From a virus (lineage: Duplodnaviria; Heunggongvirae; Uroviricota; Caudoviricetes): a DNA stretch of 9,562 nucleotides. Location of the stretch: IMG/VR virus record IMGVR_UViG_2617271044_000001. One strand, 5' to 3'. The notes below the pieces were generated by a model. That model saw only the letters and a program-made list of their open reading frames with translations. It ran no database searches and was not told the origin of the DNA. The position numbers and the translations under genes were made by a program. Of the stretch, positions 1 through 6,277 are shown in pieces; position 1 is the first letter of the stretch; each line of letters starts with the position of its first letter.

Positions 1-355
1 CTTCTATCATCCACTTTCTGAGAGTTTCAACGGATAAAGATAAACCGTGTATCTCGCGCAATTTTTCGCACGCAAACGTAGGTCCAAAATCAGCGTAACG
101 GCCTTTGAGGAGTGAAATTACTGTTGCTCTGAATTCAGTAGAAAAGGAATTATTAGGACGCTTTCCACGTCGGTGGGAAACCAGACCAGAAGGCCCTTCA
201 TTTCTATACCGTTGCACCAGACGTTTAACCTGCCGAATAGAAATGCCAATGCGTGCCGCAGCTTGTTCCTGAGTAATATGTCGATTAATTGACTCCTGAA
301 TAATCTGAAGTCGGTGGAGTTCCTTATGACTCATCGTAACAGTTTCTTTGGTCAT
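1..355 (-). CDS. Transposase, N-terminal part only (gene runs off the window start); IS481/ISNCY-like DDE transposase with N-terminal helix-turn-helix
   Basis: Open minus-strand frame from ATG at 355..353 to position 1 with no stop (118 codons). My translation begins MTKETVTMSHKELHRLQIIQESINRHITQEQAAARIGISIRQVKRLVQRYRNEGPSGLVSHRRGKRPNN. The HTH followed by an RY-x-N-E-G-x-S-G-L and basic R-R-G-K-R-P segment fits the N-terminal architecture of IS481-type transposases. Family assignment is from memory of that pattern; the IS ends are not identifiable in the window. Confidence 0.6.
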   Translation of the reverse strand, partial: MTKETVTMSHKELHRLQIIQESINRHITQEQAAARIGISIRQVKRLVQRYRNEGPSGLVSHRRGKRPNNSFSTEFRATVISLLKGRYADFGPTFACEKLREIHGLSLSVETLRKWMIE

Positions 356-689
356 GAAAAATCCCCCAGAGAATTGTCTGGGGACATTTTAGAATGGTTC
401 AAAGGGGACATTACAGCTTGGTGTTAACAATAGCCTGCTTCTCCTTGCCTTTCGGCACGTAAGAGGCTAACCTACATGTGTCCGGCATGAAATTGGCCTC
501 AGATTAATGTTAAGCGTCTTGCAGGACGCGTAATGTTAACTGGGGCTTTTCTCTACCTGCCGTTGGTGTTCGTGCCCGAGGCAGATAGCCTCAAGCACCC
601 GCAGTCATTCTACTTAACTAAGATTTCCCCGCAAACCGTTTTTGTCCAGCACAGTAAATATCCAACTAAACCAATGGAGTTCGCTGTAT

Positions 690-869
690 TTACCGCCAGT
701 ATTCAATGCACATGACCGCCATGAACACCCCTAAAAAAAGGGCATTTATATATCCAAATATTAATATCAAAACATCAACTTTTTCCATATACCTTGCTGT
801 GAAGATGATGGGCATACATGATGCGAACAACCAGAACGCAACAAACAAAAACTGCAATGCGTTTTTCAT
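690..869 (-). CDS. Small hydrophobic protein, 59 aa, likely two transmembrane segments; function unknown
   Basis: ATG at 869..867 preceded on the minus strand by a canonical AGGAGG (plus 874-879) about 4 nt upstream. Translation MKNALQFLFVAFWLFASCMPIIFTARYMEKVDVLILIFGYINALFLGVFMAVMCIEYWR is dominated by two hydrophobic stretches. The track ORF 690..908 extends it upstream, but that extension has no ribosome-binding site. Confidence 0.45.
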   Translation of the reverse strand: MKNALQFLFVAFWLFASCMPIIFTARYMEKVDVLILIFGYINALFLGVFMAVMCIEYWR

Positions 870-1953
870 TATTCCTCCTACAATCAATGTGCAATTACAT
901 TTAAACACACCTCAATTTGGCCGGACATATAAATATCTAAACCAGAAAAAATCACTTACATAGCGTTACAAACTCTTTAGTCTAAAGGTTCATCGTAAAA
1001 CATTCCCCATACTTATCAGTCCGTTCCGCGCCAGGTAGCTCATTGCCTTATCTGGCAACCTGTAATCAGGTTTCCGCTTTTTCAGTTGGCTGGTCGTTTA
1101 ACCGACATAGTTAACCCATTAATCTAGTTGCCGGATGTTGGTGGATTTTCGCGTTTTAGTTGTTCATAAAAGTGCACAGCTTTAACCAATTCTTCTGATG
1201 TAACCGGGACTGGTGAGGCAGTGAATAAGGCCTGAATTTGATAGTTCGGCCTGTCGTTACAATCCTCTTTTTTCGGTACATATTTCCAGTCACCAGACCA
1301 CTACTTCCCCTGAAAGTCCGTAACGCCTTTTTTCACGTAGCGATATCGCCATGTCACTGGTTTTGCTTGCCCCGCCGTTTCATGCCCTTCCTGATAATTA
1401 ATCTCGCTCATTCATCGCCCCACTCATCACAATATGCTTCGACCGGAGTTTTTCCCGCTTCATAGTCATCACGCTAGGATTCGACATCAGCAGCACTTCC
1501 ACCGCGTAACTCACCATAGTCCATTAATAGTTCATCCCGCTCTTCAAAACTGATGTTATATTTAGCTGAACAAAAATCAGCCACTTTGTTCTTCCTCATC
1601 GTCTTTTATTTCGTGGTATGAGTAATTGCAGTAGTTAAAGAAAATTTCTTATGCTCCGTCATGAATTTCATCAGGTGTTGCGTCATCGTCCACTTCGAAT
1701 ACATCCTCAAAATCTCCACCAGCTATTCCCGTTTCAATAATAATTTTGAACTTTCGCATTTCACTACCGCCCTTTCGGGCGGCCTCCTGATGTTCTGAGG
1801 GTGCAGAAATCCATCCGGTTAAGGATTAAGTTTTATTTACAGAACTGAATTTAATTATTCAGATATACGTATCTGTAACCTTACGAATCTACTCACTGGA
1901 TGCCTCTTTCATAAAAATAATCCAGTGGGTTTTATCGTTTTTTCCCTGTTCGT

Positions 1954-1982
1954 TGACAGATAACAGGCTTTCTATCTGTCAG
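1954..1982. repeat. Inverted repeat TGACAGATA-N11-TATCTGTCA (9-bp perfect arms) just downstream of the methyltransferase-like ORF
   Basis: Direct reading: tgacagata at 1954-1962 and tatctgtca at 1974-1982 are exact reverse complements. No U-tract follows on either strand, so it is not a canonical intrinsic terminator. Confidence 0.5.
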
Positions 1983-2021
1983 TGCCAGAATCTGGCTTAC
2001 CGGTATTTGCGTTTCATTCCA

Positions 2022-2378
2022 TTAAAAAATCAGAACGCCGTGCGGCCTCAACACCCGAAAAGCTTCTTTAAATCTCTGTCGCAAATCATCACGCCAGGCA
2101 TCTTTATTCAGCCGTCCATATTTCTTTCCCATCCAGGCGTTATCACCAACACGCTCAAGATGCGGAGGGTCTAATACAACCATCGAAAAAGATGCGTCTG
2201 CAAATGATAATGCACGAAAATCTGCGATAATGTCAGGGCTGATAATCAAGCGTCTCCCATTGCGTAATGTGTATCCTTCTTTTCTGATATCGCTGAATAT
2301 CGCCCGTTTGTCAGACTTATCGAACCAGAACATGCGGCTGCCACAGCACATATCAAGAATGGTTGCCGGTGCACTCAC
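2022..2378 (-). CDS. SAM-dependent methyltransferase-like protein (DNA N6-adenine/N4-cytosine type motifs), short at 118 aa and possibly truncated
   Basis: Track ORF 2022..2378. The start codon is GTG (plus 2376-2378 = cac), overlapping the upstream stop as GTGA. Motif I-like LDMCCGSR near the N-terminus and a motif IV-like VVLDPPH about 60 residues later. No room for a target-recognition domain, so it is either an unusually small enzyme or a remnant. Confidence 0.55.
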   Translation of the reverse strand: MSAPATILDMCCGSRMFWFDKSDKRAIFSDIRKEGYTLRNGRRLIISPDIIADFRALSFADASFSMVVLDPPHLERVGDNAWMGKKYGRLNKDAWRDDLRQRFKEAFRVLRPHGVLIF

Positions 2379-2797
2379 TGCGCCACGTCCTGAAAATTAC
2401 CCTGATAGAAAGCCAGTATGCGCTGCATAACTTCGCTCTTCCGGCACTCGCGACAGATTATGTTTAGGCGACTGTCGTAGCGACGTATTTCTCCGTCAGG
2501 TGATGACCAGATAAGGTCCGGATCAACCACAGCAGGTTTCTTCACCTTTGCCCTCGAGAGTTTTTTGCGGGCGTTTTGCCAGTCCTTACGCGCCTGTTCA
2601 GAGGGGAATAACCCGTAGCCGGAGTTGTATACATCGCCACTGGCTACCAGCTCTCTGGCAAGAACGCTCATCAGATATCTAGTCGCACCTGTTTTAGCTT
2701 CCAGTTGCCGTAACGTCTCACGGCCGCTCTGGCGCACGAGTTCCACCACCTGCCATTTAATTTTTTCCCGCTCTTCTTGTGTAAAAACTTTTGCCAC
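2375..2797 (-). CDS. Hypothetical phage early protein, 140 aa, with a helix-turn-helix-like segment
   Basis: Track ORF 2375..2797. GTG start (plus 2795-2797 = cac) with a GGGGGA Shine-Dalgarno about 5 nt upstream on the minus strand. Its stop TGA overlaps the GTG of the methyltransferase-like ORF, implying translational coupling. Segment RETLRQLEAKTGATRYLMSVLARELVASGDV looks HTH-like. Confidence 0.55.
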   Translation of the reverse strand: MAKVFTQEEREKIKWQVVELVRQSGRETLRQLEAKTGATRYLMSVLARELVASGDVYNSGYGLFPSEQARKDWQNARKKLSRAKVKKPAVVDPDLIWSSPDGEIRRYDSRLNIICRECRKSEVMQRILAFYQGNFQDVAQ

Positions 2798-2837
2798 CAG
2801 TCCCCCTTAAAATTACCTCATGACCTGAAATCAACAC

Positions 2838-3803
2838 TTATCCTCTGAAACCAGGCGGAATTTCTGTATCCGGTTCAGAAATATGATTAACACAACGCTG
2901 TACAGGTGAACGTCCCAGGCGGATGACCAGTTCGTCCCATTTTTCGCGGAGCTTTGACGGGCTCATGATGTTTTTTACCCAGAATGGATCTCGCTGAACC
3001 CGACCAAACATTTCGCAAATTTGTCTGTGGCTTCTGCCATCCAGCATCCGCATTGTGCGCACGTCATTGGCCCAGGCAGTCCAGTTAGGCTCTTTTGGTC
3101 GCATGATCTCGCCATCATCACTGGCTGCCTGTTCGTAGAGACCCACGATCCGCCCCCAGATCCACTGCGCACACGCCAAATCCTCCCTGCTACCCCACTG
3201 GCGTTTTTTCGCACTAAACACAACCGCGTCGGAGTTCCGGGTTAAAGAATCCTGTTCAGTCGTCTGCGGGTCCGGTTGCGAAGCTTCCGGACGAAAAGTG
3301 TTTTTATTCTCTGTAGTAATCTCTGTTGTATTCTCTGTAAGATCATCAGGCCATTTTGACCCGATGACATTGGGTCGTTTTGAACCAATGGAGCGTTTCA
3401 TTTTGACCTCTTCCATCGTGTCATTTTGACCTGATGGAGCGGCGCATTTTGAACCGATGGATTCGCTCAATTTGCCACCATCTAAAAGCTCGCTCCCATA
3501 GTTGATCGTGTAGAAATTGGTCATATCGCGCTTTGATTTATTGAGCTTTTCACAACGCAAAAGCCCCAGCGTTTTCAGACTTGCAAACGCGCGCTTTAAC
3601 GTTGACTCTGACCAGAATGGGAACTGTTCCAGCCATTGTTCCGTTGTGTTATAAATCCAGCGAACACCATCACATTCCATGCCGGAGTTGGTATCTCTCA
3701 ACCAGTAGTGCAGTTGTTGCAAAACAATGGCTTCGTTTAAGCCAATTTTCATTGCCAGCTGCGTGTTTATAACCAGTGGGCGTTCAGCAAAAAGAAGGCT
3801 CAT
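2838..3803 (-). CDS. Phage replication initiator protein, lambda O-like, with origin iterons embedded in its coding sequence
   Basis: Track ORF 2838..3857 (TTG at 3857). The more plausible start is ATG at 3803..3801, giving MSLLFAERPLVINTQLAMKIGLNEAIVLQQLHYWL..., about 322 aa. The mid-gene DNA repeats translate to repeated peptide motifs (SIGSK three times, TENTTEITTEN), the hallmark organisation of lambda O and ori-lambda. The start overlaps the last 20 nt of the upstream 173-aa gene. Confidence 0.7.
   Translation of the reverse strand: MSLLFAERPLVINTQLAMKIGLNEAIVLQQLHYWLRDTNSGMECDGVRWIYNTTEQWLEQFPFWSESTLKRAFASLKTLGLLRCEKLNKSKRDMTNFYTINYGSELLDGGKLSESIGSKCAAPSGQNDTMEEVKMKRSIGSKRPNVIGSKWPDDLTENTTEITTENKNTFRPEASQPDPQTTEQDSLTRNSDAVVFSAKKRQWGSREDLACAQWIWGRIVGLYEQAASDDGEIMRPKEPNWTAWANDVRTMRMLDGRSHRQICEMFGRVQRDPFWVKNIMSPSKLREKWDELVIRLGRSPVQRCVNHISEPDTEIPPGFRG
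3309..3480. repeat. Putative phage origin of replication: three tandem 12-bp repeats followed by five to six iterons at 23-24 bp spacing
   Basis: Direct reading: ctctgtagtaat / ctctgttgtatt / ctctgtaagatc at 3309-3344, then cattttgaMC-type repeats starting at 3352, about 3376, 3399, 3422 and 3445, with a degenerate copy near 3468. An AT-rich stretch (3296-3310) flanks them. Confidence 0.65.
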
Positions 3804-4305
3804 AATTCCATCCAGCTTTTTGTTGGTATTGCTGTCGATACGCAAGCTTGAAAGCAATTGCTTTTTCTATAAGTTCGTCAGTTTCACGATCCACTACGGC
3901 AGGATCAGCAAAAAGCAGTCCGGACTCCACCACATCGCCATATTCTTTGTTTAACCCGGCGATCATGCACGTGATGCTTTTTCCGTCAGTAATTTCACGA
4001 TACAACCTGAAATCACTAATCCGGATAGCCTCCATAATCGCAGGCACTAGCGCCGTGAACTTTTCACGCTTATCCCTGGTGTCGATAGCCTTCCAGCGTT
4101 CGAATATCTTCACTCGATTAACACCAAGCGCTCGCTGATCAACCGCGCCACCTTCATCTGTGACACGCTGAACATCGATGTTCGGGCGCTCTTTCAAAGC
4201 CCAGAATGCTTCAGTGATTAATATCGTCGCCTGCTCCTGTGTCATTCCTGGTCGACATATCCAGGCATCCAGAGCCTCACGAGCCTGTTCAGGAGTGATT
4301 TTCAT
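3784..4305 (-). CDS. 173-aa early protein between cro-like and replication genes; possibly a YdaT/CII-like regulator (tentative)
   Basis: Track ORF 3784..4305 with ATG at 4305..4303. Its 5' end overlaps the dicC stop by 17 nt and its 3' end is overlapped by the replication gene start, so it is tightly packed in the operon. Protein begins MKITPEQAREALDAWICRPGMTQEQ.... Product assignment is by position and weak remembered similarity only. Confidence 0.55.
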   Translation of the reverse strand: MKITPEQAREALDAWICRPGMTQEQATILITEAFWALKERPNIDVQRVTDEGGAVDQRALGVNRVKIFERWKAIDTRDKREKFTALVPAIMEAIRISDFRLYREITDGKSITCMIAGLNKEYGDVVESGLLFADPAVVDRETDELIEKAIAFKLAYRQQYQQKAGWNYEPSFC

Positions 4306-4519
4306 TGTTCAACCACCCCGCCCGCTTCGTCTTACGATATTCATCATAAACTTTGGGATCATACTGAAGCTCCCCGCCAGATGCCTCCTGTAGACGCATC
4401 GCGCGACCTTCGGGAACTAAATCCCCTTTCCAGCTATAAAGCGAAGCCAAACGAATACCTGCTGCTTGTGCAAGTTTTGTTTTTGAACCGAAATACAAAA
4501 GAGCGTCAGTTTTAAGCAT
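4289..4519 (-). CDS. dicC: Cro-like small DNA-binding regulator (DicC-type)
   Basis: Track ORF, 76 aa, ATG at 4519..4517 with an AGGTG-like Shine-Dalgarno upstream. Transcribed divergently from the repressor gene. The segment GSKTKLAQAAGIRLASLYSWK is a P22-Cro/YdaS-type HTH. Length and genomic context match DicC of the Qin prophage as I recall it. Confidence 0.75.
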   Translation of the reverse strand: MLKTDALLYFGSKTKLAQAAGIRLASLYSWKGDLVPEGRAMRLQEASGGELQYDPKVYDEYRKTKRAGWLNNENHS

Positions 4520-4602
4520 TTAAAACACCTTTATTGTTAGTCATAACTAACAAGATAGATGTTAACAAAAACATAGTCAATACGATTTAGCATTAGCTAA
4601 CT
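4520..4602. promoter_or_regulatory. Divergent promoter/operator region of the dicC/dicA immunity switch
   Basis: 83-bp AT-rich intergenic region between divergent Cro-like and repressor genes. It contains the near-perfect 20-bp palindrome TTGTTAGTcataACTAACAA (4534-4553, 8-bp perfect arms) and the 8-bp palindrome TTAGCTAA (4594-4601, ending 1 nt before the dicA ATG). Exact -35/-10 boxes were not resolved. Confidence 0.55.
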
Positions 4603-5010
4603 ATGGAAACAAAAAATTTAACTATCGGCGAACGCATCAGGTATCGTCGGAAAAACCTCAAACACACCCAAAGGTCTCTTGCTAAAGCCCTGAAAATCTC
4701 CCATGTGTCTGTATCACAATGGGAACGGGGTGATAGTGAACCTACAGGGAAGAACCTTTTTGCCCTCAGCAAAGTATTGCAATGCTCACCAACATGGATT
4801 CTATTTGGCGATGAAGACAAGCAACCAACACCACCTGTTGAGAAGCCAGTTGCCTTATCCCCCAAAGAACTAGAGCTCCTTGAGCTGTTTAATGCACTGC
4901 CAGAATCAGAACAGGATACCCAGCTCGCCGAAATGCGAGCTCGAGTAAAAAACTTCAATAAACTCTTTGAAGAATTACTAAAAGCCCGTCAGCGGACAAA
5001 TAAAAGATAA
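4603..5010 (+). CDS. dicA: XRE-family HTH repressor (DicA-type prophage repressor), 135 aa
   Basis: Track ORF with ATG at 4603 and stop TAA at 5008-5010. N-terminal HTH (RSLAKALKISHVSVSQWERGDSEPTG) typical of Cro/CI-type repressors. Too short to carry a LexA-like peptidase domain. Length and context match DicA. Confidence 0.85.
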   Translation: METKNLTIGERIRYRRKNLKHTQRSLAKALKISHVSVSQWERGDSEPTGKNLFALSKVLQCSPTWILFGDEDKQPTPPVEKPVALSPKELELLELFNALPESEQDTQLAEMRARVKNFNKLFEELLKARQRTNKR

Positions 5011-5045
5011 CATCATCAATGAGTTATCTTTTACCACATCAATTA

Positions 5046-5096
5046 TGTTAGCTATAGCATACAAAATCACTTGACCGATATGTTAGTCATGGCTAA
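5046..5096. promoter_or_regulatory. Operator-like repeats upstream of the ydfA-dicB operon, related to the dicA/dicC palindrome
   Basis: tgttagctatagca (5046-5059) and tgttagtcatggctaa (5081-5096) share the TGTTAG...CTAA half-sites of the 4534-4553 palindrome. A TTGACC (5071-5076) lies between them as a possible -35. Promoter assignment is inferred. Confidence 0.4.
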
Positions 5097-5176
5097 TCTT
5101 GTTTGCATCAACACACCGCACGGTGTTCTCAGCAAACAGTTCCGCTACCCCAGCGTTAAGGGGAAATGAGGTCCGC

Positions 5177-5332
5177 ATGGATACTATCGATCTTGGCAAC
5201 AACGAATCTCTGGTGTACGGCGTGTTTCCAAACCAGGACGGTACGTTCACCGCGATGACGTATACCAAAAGCAAAACGTTTAAAACCGAAAATGGTGCCC
5301 GTCGCTGGCTGGAAAGAAACTCAGGTGAGTGA
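5177..5332 (+). CDS. ydfA: Small prophage protein, 51 aa (YdfA-like)
   Basis: ATG at 5177 with GAGG 6 nt upstream and stop TGA at 5330-5332, in the same frame as track ORF 5099..5332. Protein MDTIDLGNNESLVYGVFPNQDGTFTAMTYTKSKTFKTENGARRWLERNSGE. Position and size match YdfA, the first gene of the dicB operon. Confidence 0.7.
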   Translation: MDTIDLGNNESLVYGVFPNQDGTFTAMTYTKSKTFKTENGARRWLERNSGE

Positions 5333-5333
5333 T

Positions 5334-5462
5334 ATGGATTTCGACACAATCATGGAAAAAGCTTACGAAGAATACTTCGAAGGTCTTGCCGACGGCGAAG
5401 AAGCTCTCAGCTTCAACGAATTTAAACAGGCGCTTTCCAGTTCGGCAAAATCTAACGGCTGA
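5334..5462 (+). CDS. ydfB: Small acidic prophage protein, 42 aa (YdfB-like)
   Basis: ATG at 5334 immediately after the ydfA stop, with AGGTGAG just upstream. Protein MDFDTIMEKAYEEYFEGLADGEEALSFNEFKQALSSSAKSNG, stop TGA at 5460-5462. Below the track size cutoff; found by manual reading. Confidence 0.6.
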   Translation: MDFDTIMEKAYEEYFEGLADGEEALSFNEFKQALSSSAKSNG

Positions 5463-5491
5463 TAAGCGAAACAGCACAGCGAGGAATCAGT

Positions 5492-5710
5492 ATGCAGAAA
5501 CGAGAACCCGTCATCATCGCGCCAGACTATACCGATGATGAACTTTATGAGTGGATGCGCCAGAAAATTAATGCAGCGCAGGATCTGAAATGGGCCAATG
5601 AAGCCAGGGCTAAGCAGGCTGAAAATCTGTCCGCTCTGGAGCAGGATATCACCAATCTGGAAAAAGCAGCGGCATTAAGCATTGCCAGAATGATTACATA
5701 CCCGCGTTAA
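5492..5710 (+). CDS. ydfC: Small prophage protein, 72 aa (YdfC-like)
   Basis: Track ORF with ATG at 5492 and GAGGA about 7 nt upstream. Size and order match YdfC. Confidence 0.7.
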   Translation: MQKREPVIIAPDYTDDELYEWMRQKINAAQDLKWANEARAKQAENLSALEQDITNLEKAAALSIARMITYPR

Positions 5711-6050
5711 TAGCTAACCAACGAAGCTAAGGTTGGTAATTAAGGAGTTCTCCACGGGTGAGGTGGAGTGCGTGCGCCGGACACGGGTGAGCATCCGGCA
5801 CTGACAGTTTACTGAAAGGATATTTCCCTGAAAAGTCAGACCATAACGCGAAAGCGCACGGCGAGGTAGCTGGTTCATAGATAGCCTGTCGTTAAATTTT
5901 CGTCGACCGTGCGCTTCCGGTTGTGGCAACCCGCGAAATGGTGCGGCGGTAAGTATGGCGGGGTTATTTCTTCCCCGTTGAGGACACCGGGTTGTCAGGT
6001 TGACCATACGCTTAAGTGACAACCCCGCTGCAACGCCCTCTGTTATCAAT

Positions 6051-6103
6051 TTTCTGGTGACGTTTGGCGGTATCAGTTTTACTCCGTGACTGCTCTGCCG
6101 CCC
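6051..6103 (+). ncRNA. dicF: DicF small regulatory RNA (53 nt), 3' end at a terminator-like GC stem plus T-run
   Basis: tttctggtgacgtttggcggtatcagttttactccgtgactgctctgccgccc followed by ttttt (6104-6108). This matches the DicF sequence as I remember it, and sits where dicF lies in the operon, between ydfC and dicB. It is preceded by about 340 nt with no ORF and extensive stem potential. Confidence 0.7.
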
Positions 6104-6277
6104 TTTTTAAAGTGAATTTTGTGATGTGGTGAATGCGGCTGAGCGCACGCGGAACAGTTAAAACCAAAAACAGTGTTATGGGTGGATTCTCTGTATCCGG
6201 CGTTAATTGTTAACTGGTTAACGTCACCTGGAGGTACCAGGCACTGCATCACAAAATTCATTGTTGAGGACGCGATA

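Noticed and set aside
533-1465. Plus-strand track ORFs 533..715, 706..963 and 1238..1465
   Set aside because: No ribosome-binding sites were seen. The translations are compositionally odd (Pro/Phe/His-rich or homopolymeric), and they overlap better-supported minus-strand features (the 59-aa peptide and the micro-ORF cluster).
1954-1982. Hairpin downstream of the methyltransferase-like ORF as an intrinsic terminator
   Set aside because: No U-tract follows the stem on the minus-strand transcript (it is followed by ACGAACAGGGAAAAAACG), and on the plus strand the T-run precedes rather than follows the stem.
1953-2810. Plus-strand track ORFs 1953..2174, 2230..2430 and 2625..2810
   Set aside because: They are antisense to the coupled 140-aa and methyltransferase-like genes of the minus-strand operon and have no start signals. 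Treated as shadow ORFs.
3352-3480. Regularly spaced direct repeats that could be mistaken for a CRISPR array
   Set aside because: The repeats are short and degenerate, the period is only 23-24 bp with no unique spacers, and they lie inside a continuous protein-coding frame. This is the iteron organisation of a phage origin, not CRISPR.
2975-4393. Track ORFs 2975..3223(-), 3021..3245(+), 3581..3772(+), 3727..3954(+), 3848..4138(+) and 4178..4393(+)
   Set aside because: All overlap the initiator and 173-aa genes in alternative or antisense frames. The supported frames are the ones whose repeats map onto the iterons and which are translationally packed with dicC.
4593-5477. Minus-strand ORFs 4593..4958, 5083..5349 and 5280..5477, and the plus-strand 5099..5176 N-terminal extension of ydfA
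   Set aside because: They are antisense to dicA and ydfA-ydfB. The ydfA extension lacks a ribosome-binding site, whereas ATG 5177 has GAGG at the right spacing.
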